The notes: generated by a model from the sequence alone, not told the origin. 64,000 bases of DNA from Octopus vulgaris (GCA_951406725.2 OX597838.1:6386001-6450000); one strand, 5' to 3'; counted from the stretch's first letter, positions 43,902 through 57,460 are shown. Translations and numbers: made by a program.

Positions 43902-44995
43902 CAGAGAGTGTGAGAAGGAGACAGTGAGAGAGAGCATGGCATGTAATGAAAAATGCAGATGCATGAAGAGAAGAATTTTATTGCAATTTGCACAGTCAGT
44001 GGGACTTAGAATTATTGGGTATTTAGAGGGTGGTGTGCTAGCGTTGATAGTAACCGAAGAAACCACTAAGATTATTCGGCGCACACTCATGGCAGACAAT
44101 CGCGTAAGAGGTTGCGATTTGTAAATACGGAAACGTCCAGGGTTTCCTGTTTTATTGGCGGACTTGTGCAAAAGGAGAGTGACAGCGAGAGAATTAAGTC
44201 GAATACCATTCCACTAAGACAAGTTAAGTGAAGCCATCCACGGGTATCCTGTCAGCAGTATGTTAAGCAGTAGCACAGTACATACCCATATATGGGCATG
44301 TATATATGTATGTATGTACATAAATATGAATAGATTACATCGGGAACAGCAGTATGTAATAAATCACTATACGATGAGAAAATATAACTAAAGTCAATGA
44401 CCTGTTATGGTCGGGATTTTATGACCAAAATGAGTAAAGAAATATATATATATATGTATGTATATATCAACGATATTTTTTTTAATGTCTGTGTGTAGTA
44501 ATGAGTATGAATGGGTTTTTATGAAGGCATATATATGGGTATGTCTGTGTATGCATATGCAACGGAAAGTATGGGCAGAGGATATCAATTGCAGAACAGA
44601 AGCGAATAGATACATGTAAATTGAGAAATTTATTATACTTTGCAAAATAGTTATCTATATTTTATTAAATGAGGGTAACCATCATCCCAAACAAATATAC
44701 ATTATGCATTCATATATTATTAACCTATATAAAATATGAAAACCCTTCATATAGATGTCGTATCAGATACAATAAATGAATAGTATAAAACCACAAAATA
44801 TACCATGTAACCAATGTTTTTTATAGTGTAGATTAGCTGGTCCTGCATTAGAACTCTTATCCCTAGAGGCATCTATACATGTGTGTATGCGCGCGGGTTG
44901 TGTGTGTGTGTGTATGTGTGTGTACATATCTATATAAATATTTTTCTGTGTATATATATATCTATAGGCATACACGTATCTCTCTATATATATAC

Positions 44996-45139
<144 letters not shown>

Positions 45140-45449
45140 ATATATATATATATACGTACACACACACACATATATATATATACATACATATGTACATATA
45201 TATATATATACATCGATATATACATACACACGCATAAACAATCACACACGCATGCACACGCACGGTGAGAGTGTGCGGATGTGTGTGAATCTGTGTGTGT
45301 GTCTGTGTTTGAGTACACAATATGGTAATGGGCGAGATATATCAATATTGCATTCATACATTCTGAACAAAAAGCTGTTAAAAAAATATGCGCAACGTCA
45401 ATATCCGGCAAGTGTTTTTGTCACACACTCACTGACAACAAAAGCAAGA

Positions 45450-45504
<55 letters not shown>

Positions 45505-46845
45505 TATGTATATATATATATATAGTATGTATATATATATAATATATATATATGTATATATATATATATAATATATATATATATATATTTGTGAGTTTGT
45601 GTATATATATATGTTTGTAAGTTTATATATATATATATATATACATGCTTACATACATACACACGTACATGAGTATGTATGTGTGTATATCTCTATATGT
45701 TTCTGTGCGTGTGCCCCCTCCCCAATCGTGTGTGTATATGTATGTCGAACTAGATTGAGTATCTTTAGAAATTCCAAAGTTGTTTTGAAACATTTTCTCA
45801 GTATATTATAATTTACAAATATTAAAACTGACAGACGGACAGACAGACAGACAGACACACACGCACACACACATGTATATATATATATATTTGTGTGTGT
45901 GTGTGTGTGTTTTAATATTTCTAAATTATAATAAACCAAGAAAATTTTTCAAAGCACATACACACAGACTCATATATATATATATATGCATGTAGACATT
46001 TGATGTACACTTGTATATCTATCTATATATATATATATATATATATGTGTGTGGTGGGGGGTTGTGTGTGTATATCAATGCATTTTATATATAATCATAT
46101 ATTTAATATATAGAGATATATACATACACATATATATATGTCTATGAGTATATGGCTATATTATTTCGTGTGTAATTTTTTTTTTCTGGATACATGTGTG
46201 GGTATGAAACAATTTGTGAGTTCTTTGAAATTGTAGATTTAATAGCCTGGAACTGATAATATTGTTAAGGAAACTAGTTGGTAAGGTAGTAGTAGAAATA
46301 CATATTTCAATGTACAACACGTGAGGTTAGCAATAATGTACGTTACGTAAGGAATAATTTTGTTCCCCCGTATAAGAGAAAATGTGCGTATTTTATGGTG
46401 TATATGTACGCAGAATCAATCCTACCCATCACACTCTCATTTGTACATGCACTTGCGCACACACACATATGTTTACACTCACAAACACATAACTTTAACT
46501 GAGAATGATGGAGAAACAATTTTCGTATTTTTTTTTACATGAATTCACAATTGGTTCATCTCAGTTTGGTATCATGGATGTAGCTGTCTTATACAATAGT
46601 ATAGTAACATATATCTCATCCGACCGTTCACAATCATGTCTAGAAGGTATTTGCTCTGGATATTTGAATTGAGACTAACTAGTATGCATATCGAATTCGT
46701 TGATGTAAGATAGTTATCTTTTTATAGTGGGTAAGCTTGATAGATCCAGGATCAACGTATGAGCGGAATATTATGTATATGCACATATGTCTATATGTAC
46801 AAATGTATATATATATATGATATATATATATATGATGTATATATA

Positions 46846-46899
<54 letters not shown>

Positions 46900-46921
46900 T
46901 TTAAGCAGCAGAAAATTCAAC

Positions 46922-46969
46922 AAAATCTGTTACTCTGAGTTTCTCGTTGCCGTTCATCAGACAGTTTTT
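46922..46969 (-). ncRNA. Minimal type-I hammerhead motif (HH-A), inverted copy
   Basis: Exact reverse complement of 46972-47019. Confidence 0.8.
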
Positions 46970-46971
46970 GC

Positions 46972-47019
46972 AAAAACTGTCTGATGAACGGCAACGAGAA
47001 ACTCAGAGTAACAGATTTT
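46972..47019 (+). ncRNA. Minimal type-I hammerhead motif (HH-A), best-preserved copy
   Basis: AAAAACTGT-CTGATGA-A-CG-GCAA-CG-A-GAAA-CTC-A-GAG-TA-ACAGATTTT. Stem I CTGT/ACAG plus AAAA/TTTT, GNRA-capped mini stem II, palindromic stem III. Predicted cleavage after GUA at 47010. Confidence 0.82.
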
Positions 47020-47208
47020 GTTGAATTTTCTGCTGCTTAAATAAAGCATATTACTCTACCACTGGTATTTGAGTACTCTTTTTTCCACCTTGTTTCACAT
47101 TTATGTGTTTACTCCGGTATATATATTTATATATAGGTATAAATATGCATAAATGCACATGTTTACTATATACATATATGTATATATAAATCTATATATA
47201 TGTATATT

Positions 47209-47272
<64 letters not shown>

Positions 47273-47297
47273 CATATATATGCATAAAAAAATATAT

Positions 47298-47415
47298 AAA
47301 AATACAAAATGGGACAAGAGTGCAAAATATTCAAATAGACGATACGGAAATTGACGGGTCATTCGAAGCCTCTAATCTTCAGTCAAGAACCGGATCATCC
47401 CCGAAATTTCGCAAG
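47298..47415 (-). mobile_element. Possible further Penelope-pLTR-like fragment with a non-canonical hammerhead-like motif
   Basis: Reverse complement reads TTGA-CTGAAGA-TTAGAGGCTTC-GAA-TGACCCG-TCAA, followed by a T-rich 3' end at a TA tract. It lacks GAAA and UH, so support is weak. Confidence 0.3.
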
Positions 47416-49613
47416 TTCCATTCGCAGGAATTTGAACTGAGATTTCGAGGAATTTGCATGACTGTATGAGGAGGTATGTGTGCATGGTTGTGTGTTTGGG
47501 AGTATGAATGGAAGTACGAATGCGTGTGTTAGGTTTTGTTAGTATTTCATTTGAATGTCGTAAAAAATTCCTCTTTATTTATAATTCAAAAATCCATCAC
47601 TTACATTTTGCGTCAATTCAACTGCAGAGGTAGGTTATAATGATTTTTTTGTGCATTTATTGCAAGCACGCGTCATTAGTAATTACTCAGGGTAGGCAGT
47701 TGCTAACCATTATGTAGTATAACATACAAGAAATAAGTGAATCACAAGCGCTCGACTTCGTTACCTTTATAACACGTAAAGCATTCGGTGTTGTAGGAAT
47801 TTATACCGCACGTTTACTACCGCAGTCCTATGCGTAGCTTAAATACTGAGATTGAAAGGCAGGGGTGACTTATGCCTACTTAATCAACAAAGAAATAAAA
47901 TATTATGCATTTTTTCCATCCTATTCAGATTAACCTTCATAATTTTATTGAATTAGGTACATATTCTGCCATAGAAGGTAACCGGAATATTATAAAGTTT
48001 TAAATATCATTCTAACAAAAGCCTCAAAAGAATTGTATAGTAACAACATATAGATGCACCGATTATACATTGATGGGTTAGCAATGAACCGCTAAAGACA
48101 TCTCTTTACATTGTGAGTCATCTCCGTGCTTTTGGTCTACAACTGTAAACAAAATATTAAAATTTACCAATGGCCTCTTCTTCTTGCCCTACCAATTTCA
48201 ACGACTTTGTTTTCTAAAGCTCAACTATTACGCCATTTACTTTCATCTCATTCGGAGCAATAACGTTCCCTATACACCAGCATTGCATGACGGTCAATTC
48301 ATATATTTACTTCCTATCTTTTCAATAATTTGCCATTTGTCCAGTTCAAATATTCTCTTGTTCCTTTTACGACATTATTGCATGTTTGGAATTGGGTTGT
48401 CATTCCCGTTTGTTATTTATTTACTCTTTTAATGGTTAATGTCATTCGACTGCAACGTAGTTGGGGAAATGGCATCAAAGGTATATTCGATCAAATCGAT
48501 CCCGGTACATACATTATCGATTTCTATTCATCAAATGGGTATGTTAACTAAATATTTTCTTCTTTCTTTTTTGTGTGTTTGTGTTACATAAAACACTGCA
48601 ACGCTTTTTACACAGTTAATCATGAACCCACAAATATATATTTACGGATAAATGCTTCCATGTACATATTCCATCGAACATTTTTCACATTCAAAGCATT
48701 TCTTTACAATATCCTCTTACACGATATTCAACTCACCAATAAATTCCGAGCAGCGGGATCGAAACCTGAACCAGAAGCGTTGCTGCTAAAGACAACATCG
48801 GATTCAAGACGAAACATCAATAAAATAGGCAAGATAGCGCAATATAATTACAAAGCCTTGGGAACAAATCTATCAGGCTTTCAGGACGACCTCTGACAAA
48901 GTAGTTTGACCTGAAAGAAAATGGTTGTGAATCGCTCGAAGCATCGCAATACAGAAGCAGAATGTGATATGAAAGGAAAAATAAGGACATCCTGGAACAA
49001 TACACAACATTTAAAAACATTTATGTTTCAGGCGCAAATAATCTTCATAAGGAAACAGAGAAATTTGTATTTACACATATCCAGCCCTAATGGATAGTTG
49101 GATGGGGCAGTAACCCCATTAGTTGGGTGCTGGTGTTGGTTTTGCTAGTTTTGTAGTCATGGTTAATTCCGTGGTAGTACTCGGAGAGGGTGTTTTCAAC
49201 ACCGACGTAGTTGGCGATGGTCAAATTGTTTTGCATCGATAGCTTTCCTTATCTTGTATTTCATTTATTACTCTACTTCGCCTTGATATTTTCATATCCT
49301 GGCGTTGGATATAAAGTTTAGAGAAGCAGAGAGAAAAAAAAAAAGCTATTCACACGACGCACTTCAATTACTGGTACACGCTGTTGAAGCGGGATCTGCC
49401 AACGGTTTACTCTGGACGATTTCAATCAATTGCTCCCCGTTCTTCATTTGAGAGCAATGTATCAGTACACTTATCGTCACAAGGGGGTGGTCGGAATGCT
49501 TTCCACAGCAGATATACAGGATAGTGCAACATAAATGTATTATTAAGAATAAAGAAATTGAAAATATCAAAAACGATAACTAATTTAATGTGCTAATATA
49601 CTTAATGAATTGA

Positions 49614-50506
49614 ATATTTTTTACTACTCTAGGCACGAGGCACGACATTTTGGGGAAGGGGGCCGGTCAATTAGATCGACTCCAGAACGCAACTGGTACT
49701 TAATTTATCGAACTTGAAAGGATGAAAGACAAAGTCGACCACGGGGGAATATGAACTCAGAACATAAAGACAGACAGGCTACCTATTTCTTTACTACCAA
49801 CAAAGTGCTAAACACAGAGAGGACAAACAAGGACAGACAAACGGATTAAGTCGATTATATCTACCCCAGTGTGTAACTGGTACTTATTTCATCGACCCCC
49901 AAAGGATGAAAGGCAAATCGACCACGGGGGAATTTGAACTCAGAACATAAAGACAGATGAACAACAAGGGGCTAAACACAGAGAGGACAAACAAGGACAG
50001 ACAAACGGATTAAGTCGATTATATCTACCCCAGTGTGTAACTGGTACTTATTTAATCGACCCCCAAAGGATGAAAGGCAAATCGACCACGGGGGAATTTG
50101 AACTCAGAACATAAAGACAGACGAACAACAAGGGGCTAAACACAGAGAGGACAAACAAGGACAGACAAACGGATTAAGTCGATTATATCTACCCCAGTGT
50201 GTAACTGGTACTTATTTAATCGACCCCCAAAGGATGAAAGGCAAATCGACCACGGGGGAATTTGAACTCAGAACATAAAGACAGACGAACAACAAGGGGC
50301 TAAACACAGAGAGGACAAACAAGGACAGACAAACGGATTAAGTCGATTATATCTACCCCAATGCGTAACAGGTGCTTAATTTATGGACCCCGAAGGGATG
50401 GAAAGCAAAGTCGACCTCGGCGGAATTTGAACTCAGAACGTAGCGGCAGACAAAATAGCACTAGACATTTCGTCCGGCGTGCTAACGGCTCTGCCAGCTC
50501 GCCGCC
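49614..50506 (-). mobile_element. SINE group A array: one head, five cores (164-bp period), A1 tail, single TSD
   Basis: Near-identical units start at 49961, 50125 and 50289. Direct repeat TTAATGAATT at 49602-49611 and 50508-50517. Confidence 0.92.
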
Positions 50507-50696
50507 TTTAATGAATTAATATATGCAAAAGAGGTGGGTAAGTAAAACCAACTACAAAAGTATTATGCCAATACTGATATCAACAATAATAACACTGGCA
50601 GAATCCGTGTGACGTTAATGATACTGACGGTAAGAAAAATAGAAAAAACGAATCTGTTTAAGCGTAATGAATCAAACGTCGTGTGAATATATATAA

Positions 50697-50752
<56 letters not shown>

Positions 50753-50924
50753 AGTGAGAGAGAGAGAGAGAGAGAGAGAGAGCGTGTGAGATAAATATAG
50801 ATAGATAGATAAATGCAGATATGTGTAATGATATGTGAATATATAAGTATACAAACATAAGCACAAAAATATAGTTGTGTGAGTGTGTGTGTTTGCGTGC
50901 GTGTGTTTGTGTGTGTGTGTGCAT

Positions 50925-51047
50925 TCATAAAGTTAACAATTCGGCAAAGTGATAGTGACAGAACAATTAATAGGTCGATTTGTTCGACTAAAAACTGGGC
51001 TCCAGCATGACCGCAGTCTAGTGACAAACAAATAAAAGAATAAAAGA
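50925..51047 (+). mobile_element. SINE group D, 3' part
   Basis: GGTCGATTTGTTCGACTAAA...CTCCAGCATGACCGCAGTC matches 56595-56640. Confidence 0.7.
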
Positions 51048-51108
51048 ATATATATACATATATATATATATATACATACACACGCACACATATAGATATA
51101 TATATATG

Positions 51109-51164
<56 letters not shown>

Positions 51165-51189
51165 TATACATATATACATATATACACAC

Positions 51190-51320
51190 ACGATGGGCTT
51201 CTTTCAGTTTCTATCGAGCACATCCAATCGCAAGTCTTTGATAAGTCCATGAGCTATAATATATTGAGAGTTCCCCATGGTCCCACGCCGAGGGACTGGA
51301 CACGAAGATATTTCGTTTGG
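51190..51320 (-). mobile_element. Diverged SINE group D, 5' part
   Basis: GGGCTTCTTTCAGTTTC...GGGACTG is the reverse complement of the D head region. Confidence 0.6.
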
Positions 51321-51704
51321 AAGGGTGTCGTTAGGCGTGCGCGTCGATTATCGTGATAATTTAATATCATGCACCTAGGATAATGTCTAACCTCACAGAG
51401 CAACTCATATATGGAAATGTATTGTCGTGTGTCATTTGTTAACGTGCGATTGCTTCAGACAACAAGATTTATTGGGTCAAGTTACGTTTTTTCCCCTTTA
51501 AGTGATTAGATACCAGGCAGACAGCAGGACAATTGGCAGCTGGATTTCAGGAAATTCTATGATTAAAGCCAAGTAAAACATCATTGGTTGGCTGCGATGA
51601 AAACAAATACGAAAGGTTAACAAGAAATGTGGTCAATCTTACAATAAACATTTGAGACTTTTCTTTATTTCATTACCATAAGCAATATAAATATATGCGT
51701 GAAT

Positions 51705-51748
<44 letters not shown>

Positions 51749-51911
51749 ACACACAAATGTATACGTATATACATATGTATATATCCACACACACACAACA
51801 GAAACTTGAATAATAACGTAGGGAAATTGCTTTTATATAGTATTGTCTCAATATATTTGACCATATGTATACATATATATATATATATAATAATTTCTCT
51901 AATTTATATAT

Positions 51912-51953
<42 letters not shown>

Positions 51954-51964
51954 TATATATATAC

Positions 51965-52008
<44 letters not shown>

Positions 52009-52090
52009 ACATATATGCATATATATTATATTCCTACATATATATATATATAGATATAAATGTATACACACACACACATATATATATATG

Positions 52091-52136
<46 letters not shown>

Positions 52137-52898
52137 TGTATGTATTTATGTATGTATTTAGAGGATATAAACCGACACATACGCGCGCGCACACAAGTAT
52201 ATTTCTTTTTAATATCAATAAAAATGAATTAAATATAAAGATATCTTGTAGCAAGGAATCTATATAATAGATAATGAATTTTTGTTACCAGAGTAACATA
52301 TACCAAATTATATGAAAATTGATATAGTCAGGAAAAACAAAGAAAACTTACAAGTAGGTTTAAATACTATACCATCATTCTCCCTAACTGGCTTCACTCA
52401 CTCTTGCGTCCTCATAATTATATGTGTGTCTTTGTGTGTGTGTGTGTGTGTGTGCGTATCGGCATGTGTTTGTGTATATATAAACACGTTATCAAAATTA
52501 CACATATACCTACATGCAGAAACATACATATACACTCACAACCACACTTACGTAGACATATATGCGTCTGACCTATAAGTAGTTCAGTTGAATGCTTCGC
52601 ATGCTATTGTGAATTAAGTTCGAATCTAATGAGGTTCACTCTTGCTTTTAACTCTTTGGGGGTCAGCAGAAATTTTGCTGATTTAAAGAGGTGGATTAAG
52701 GATATTGTACGAACGAGGATCTGTAGGGGAGTGAGTGTTTAATTTCCAGGCTTTACGGGTGTCGCGAAAGACCTGGCTCGAGGCCTCCTCCTCTGAGGTA
52801 TTTTACACGTCTTAGAATTACTGAAGAACAGCTTCAATAGGTGTGTGAGTCTAAGAAGGGGGTTGGAACGCGATAGTCGAGAGATTCCTGTATGTATG

Positions 52899-52954
<56 letters not shown>

Positions 52955-53046
52955 TATGTACATGTATGTATGTATGTAAGTATGTATGTATGTATGTATG
53001 TATGTATGTATGTATGTATGTGTGTGTGTGTGTTTACATATATGTA

Positions 53047-53200
53047 TATGAGGTTGAGTAAAAAGAAAGCAACGTTTTTAAACATGAAATTCGTCACAAT
53101 ATATTTCACCAAAAGGGAAGTTTTATTTATCAATGTTAGTATTTTTTCCAACGCATTTTTGCCACCCTAAAAAGGAGAAATGTATGCGAAATAGGCTGTT
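53047..53200 (-). mobile_element. 3' end of a mariner element
   Basis: Minus strand translates [21 protein letters not shown] (mariner C-terminal RWQKCV motif). TIR-like TATGAGGTTGAGTAAAAAG at 53047. Confidence 0.55.
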
Positions 53201-53439
53201 TGGGTAAGTTGAATAGCGAAATTACTCGAAAATCGCACTTTGGCTGTTCAATTTCAAATGATTGTACCAATAGTGAAAAAAAATTTCTACAAATTCTTTA
53301 AAAAAACCATAAAAAACGAAAACTCATATAGATATTAATATATATATATATATTAATATATAGATTATATATTTTTATTTTTATATTATTTCATTGATAA
53401 TTTTATTATTTTATTATTTTAAATTATTTTATATTTTAA

Positions 53440-53687
53440 AATATTGATATTTTTAGATCGAAAATCCACCTGAAGAAAATCCACCATGTCGGTAGCAGAC
53501 ATGAAACAATTGTAGTGGCGGTTTATTTAATTTATATTAAAATTTTATGTATTGTTTAAGTCTTTCCTTGTTTGGTTTTAAAATAGTGGTTTTGTCTCGA
53601 ATTATATTATATAATATTTTACTATAAAATTGGATTTAACTCTAAATCTGATTTTTCCCTGTAATTTGGGATTCATTCCCTAATATT

Positions 53688-53692
<5 letters not shown>
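53440..53692 (+). mobile_element. Hammerhead mini-element family HH-D
   Basis: AT-rich element ending in (TA)n. The upstream motif ATTGATATT..ATCGAAAATCCA is also present at window positions 8-30. The left boundary is uncertain. Confidence 0.6.
53466..53518 (+). ncRNA. Type-I hammerhead motif (HH-D) with bulged stem II
   Basis: CCAC-CTGAAGA-AAATCCACC-ATGTC-GGTAGCA-GACAT-GAAA-CAATTG-TA-GTGG. Stem I CCAC/GTGG, stem II ATGTC/GACAT, palindromic stem III ACAATTGT, GUA triplet at 53512-53514. Confidence 0.75.
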
Positions 53693-53761
<69 letters not shown>

Positions 53762-54589
53762 GTGTGTGTGTGTGCAACCAACACGTGCATTTGTTTCATT
53801 CGTATGTATGTGTTTTCGTGTTTACGGGTGGCATGTTGCGGTCAAATTCAACTTTTAATGAATGTTAAAGTATGGTCTTGAATCTTGACACGTATACATG
53901 TGACTAGATCTCCATCAGTGGGCCATTCGCAGGATAATGTGTGTTTTATCTCCGTTTCATAGACTAAATTTTATGACGCTGTATTAATCTTTCTTAAATG
54001 ATAAAACAAAGAATTTATGAAACGGTGAAACGCTCACTCCATTCACGCCGAATTTTAACTCTCAACAATATAAACGACTTCAAGGTCTTCTCCAACCCGT
54101 TCACATCATAAACATATTTTCTGTGATGCCAACCTAATAAAACTCATAAACAACAAAATTATTATTAATATTACGATTGGCATTCGGCCAAAATTTGAGA
54201 GCATTATTATTGTTATGCTAATTTATTACATCAACACAATTTAGAGCAAGGAGAAAAGTAGGAATGATCGGTCGCTTATGAGACGAGAGCGTTTAAATAT
54301 AATATTAACTTCTGGGTGTATTTCGAATAAGGGAGTTATTGGAAGCTTAATAAACCCAGCAATATATTTTGCTCCTCGCGGTATCGATTAGGTCATTCTG
54401 AATCCATGGTAATTTTCTTTATCATTCCCGAGATAAATTCATCTGGCGACATTTTATATTTTAGCCAAGGTGGGTTGTCGATGTAACGAAGCCATTATTT
54501 GATTTCAGCTTATTTTAACGGAACAAAAAACATATAAAAAGATGCAAGTCATGGAGTCAGGAACATTAGAAAGGCTGGATTCCATTCAC

Positions 54590-54605
54590 ATACTACTACT
54601 ACCAA

Positions 54606-54637
<32 letters not shown>

Positions 54638-54920
54638 ATAATAATAATAATAATAATATTAAGAAGAAGAAGATGATGAAGAAGTAGAAGAAGAAGAAGA
54701 AGAAGGAGAAGAAGAAGAAGAAGAAGAAGATGATGAAGAAGTAGAAGAAGAAGAAGAAGAAGAAAAAGAAGAAGAAGAAGAGGAAGTAGAAGAAGAAGAA
54801 GAAGAAGAAGAAGAAGAAGAAGAAGAAGAAGATGATGAAGAAGAAGATGATGAAGAAGAAGATGAAGAAGAAGAAGATGAAGAAGAAGATGAGGAAGAAG
54901 AAGATGAGGAAGAAGAAGAA
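54590..54920. repeat. Compound (ACT)n-(AAT)n-(GAA/GAT)n microsatellite
   Basis: Consecutive triplet tracts. Confidence 0.95.
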
Positions 54921-55516
54921 AAGACGGGCTACAACAAATATTCTGCTCAATACAACAGATTTACTTGTCAGTTGTTTGATCTTAACCAGTTGAGCATCCC
55001 CTTAGTGGCTGACGATATGTACATCTCTGATCACGAGCAGAAGTATTGGGGGAGCATCATAGCCGTGTGTCGAGAGGGATTCTTTGGGTTTGAATAATTC
55101 ACCTCTGGAAACATGGGTGTTTCGTTCAATATCCTTAAACAACTCTCATTCAGGGACCTTTTGAGTGGGAAGGGTTACTCGACCAGAAGAAAATTCTAAC
55201 TGGGCCCCACCTGCAATGTCATGTGCTGTTTACCTTGATATGAGATACAAGCGCTTCAACTTGCCCGCTTTTATTTAGGTATAAAATCTTACAAAATATT
55301 CACTTGTAAAAGCATTCGATGCTGAAAAGCCATAAAGTCCCCATTGAGTCCATATCCCAATTCTTTTGCAATTATGCAAAGCTTACCCCGCCCCTGTTCA
55401 CCAGAATCAGTTCCCTCTCTCATCAATCACATTATTCAGTTTATCTTACGAAGTGCTTGCATAGTTGTTGATGTCTCTAATTCTAATTTCCCGATGTTAA
55501 TAAAATTAATTTTCGC

Positions 55517-55549
55517 TAGTGGTAGCAGCGGCAGCAGTAAGTAGTAGCG

Positions 55550-55608
<59 letters not shown>

Positions 55609-55709
55609 TGTTGTTGTAGTAGTAGCGGCGGCTGTGGTAGCGGTGGTTGTGGTGGTCGTGGTGGTTGAAGCAAAAGTGGTGTTTTTGGTGGCAGTGGAGA
55701 TAGTAGTAA

Positions 55710-55742
<33 letters not shown>

Positions 55743-55800
55743 CGGCGGGCTGTGGTAGCGGTGGTTGAAGCATAAGTGGTGTTGTTGGTGGCAGTGGAGA

Positions 55801-55878
<78 letters not shown>

Positions 55879-55879
55879 C

Positions 55880-55921
<42 letters not shown>

Positions 55922-55925
55922 CAGC
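55517..55925. repeat. (AGT)n-rich trinucleotide region with an internal block duplication
   Basis: Long AGT runs. The block GGCTGTGGTAGCGGTGGTTG...GGTGGCAGTGGAGATAG occurs twice. Confidence 0.93.
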
Positions 55926-55930
55926 AAGTA

Positions 55931-56283
55931 GTGAGCTGGCAGAGTGGCTAGCATTTGGTCTTTACGTCCTCAGATCGAATTCCGCCGACGTTGACATTTC
56001 CTGCCATCCATTCGGGGTCGATAAAAGAAGTACCAGTTGTGCACTGGGAAGCGATATAATGAATTTTCCACCGCGCCCCGGATTACAATAACCTTGTGTC
56101 GAACCATAACACTTTAAAACTATTGTTACTGTTATTGTTAGGAAGGCGGCGAACTGGCAGAATCATTAAAGCGCCCGAGAAAATTGCTTTGTGGCATGAC
56201 GTCGGTCTTTAGCTTCTACGTTCAAATCTCGCCGAGGTCGACTTTGCTTTCTGTCATGTCGGTATCGATAAAATAAGTACCAA
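55931..56283 (+). mobile_element. Two SINE group A copies (55931-56105 diverged; 56145-56283 truncated at a group-D copy)
   Basis: Heads GAGCTGGCAGA and GGCGGCGAACTGGCAGAATC, each with a core. The second stops at AAGTACCAA, immediately before the D head. Confidence 0.78.
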
Positions 56284-56285
56284 TA

Positions 56286-56680
56286 GGCGCAGGAGTGGCT
56301 GTGTAGTAAGTAACTTGCTAACCAACCACATGGTCCCGGGTTCAGTCCCACTGCGTGGCATCTTGGGCAGGTGTCTTCTGCTATAGCCTCGGGCCGACCA
56401 ATGCCTTGTGAGTGGATTTGGTAGACGGAAACTGAAAGAAGCCTGTGGTATGTATGTATATATATCTATATGTGTGTGTATATGTGTTTTTGTGTCTGTG
56501 TTTGTCCCCCTAGCATTGCTTGACAACCGATGCTGGTGTGTCGGCAAAAGAGACCTATAGAATAAGTACTTGGCTTACAAAGAATAAGTCCCGGGGTCGA
56601 TTTGCTCGACTAAAGTTGGTGCTCCAGCATGGCCGCAGTCAAATGACTGAAACAAGTGAAAGGGAAAAAAAGAGAAAAGA
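56286..56680 (+). mobile_element. Full-length tRNA-derived SINE group D
   Basis: GGCGCAGGAGTGGCTGTGTAGTAAG (A box), GGGTTCAGTCCC (B box), CTTGGGCAGGTGTCTT core, internal TA/TG tract, tail GCTCCAGCATGGCCGCAGTCAAATGACTGAAAC and a purine-rich end. Confidence 0.9.
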
Positions 56681-57292
56681 GAGTGGTAGGATTGGGTAAA
56701 AAAAGGGGTTATTATAGTTGTGGTTTTTATCATACTATTTGGCTTGGCTATTCCTTTTCTATAAATCATGTAAAATGTTGGGGAATCAGATGGGTCTTGA
56801 AAGCGAAAATAAAAGCAATCATATTCTTAATCTCAACAGGAATCAGCTGTGTGATTCTACCTTTACAGGTAATCACGCAAATACGCAAAAGCAGTCATCG
56901 TTAAACACTTACTGACACACACACACACATTATTTACCATTGTTAAACATTTCATTAGCGCGAGCTGTCTGACTATAAGTACGCTGTGTCAAACTAAAGT
57001 GACATATTCAACGAGGTGCCAGCCGGTGTTCCGATACAACCGAAGATGAAAAGGAAAATGATATCTCTTGAGACTTAGCCGTACATTAATATTATTTGAT
57101 AGAAATGAGATAATAAACTGGCTTCTTATGTGTTTACTGCAATCTGACTTATTACTCTGGTGGAGTAATAAGTCCACCAGAGACATTCACACCAGATTTA
57201 TTCACACATATACGTTTGTATAGGTTGACATAGCGATATATACAATGGTAAAAGTATCTACTACGTGTTCAGCCAATAAAGATACTAACTTC

Positions 57293-57345
<53 letters not shown>

Positions 57346-57384
57346 GAGGATATATATATATGTGTACATTACATAATTACTTTG

Positions 57385-57438
<54 letters not shown>

Positions 57439-57460
57439 CATATGTATATATATGTATATG

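Larger units (their letters stand above)
46895..47117 (+). mobile_element. Longest HH-A mini-element, with inverted 5' duplication (perfect palindrome 46900-47041)
   Basis: 71-bp arms with no spacer, centred on TTTTTG|CAAAAA at 46970/46971. The plus arm continues to ACTCCGG then (TA)n. (TA)n also lies on the left. Confidence 0.88.

Noticed and set aside
47350-47386. Tenth hammerhead ribozyme
   Set aside because: It has CUGAAGA and a possible TTGA/TCAA stem I, but no GAAA, no convincing stem II or III and no UH triplet. Kept only as a low-confidence fragment.
49100-49570. Thr/Pro-rich (mucin-like) minus-strand peptide and a neighbouring ORF with a hydrophobic start
   Set aside because: Short, low-complexity, interrupted, and without consistent splice signals. 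I cannot support a gene or pseudogene call.
49800-50440. CRISPR-like or satellite array
   Set aside because: The units are contiguous 164-bp SINE-internal duplications without unique spacers, in a eukaryotic context.
54920-55247. GC-richer block after the (GAA)n tract that looks like an interspersed repeat
   Set aside because: Single copy in this window with no diagnostic termini or ORF. It cannot be classified without a search.
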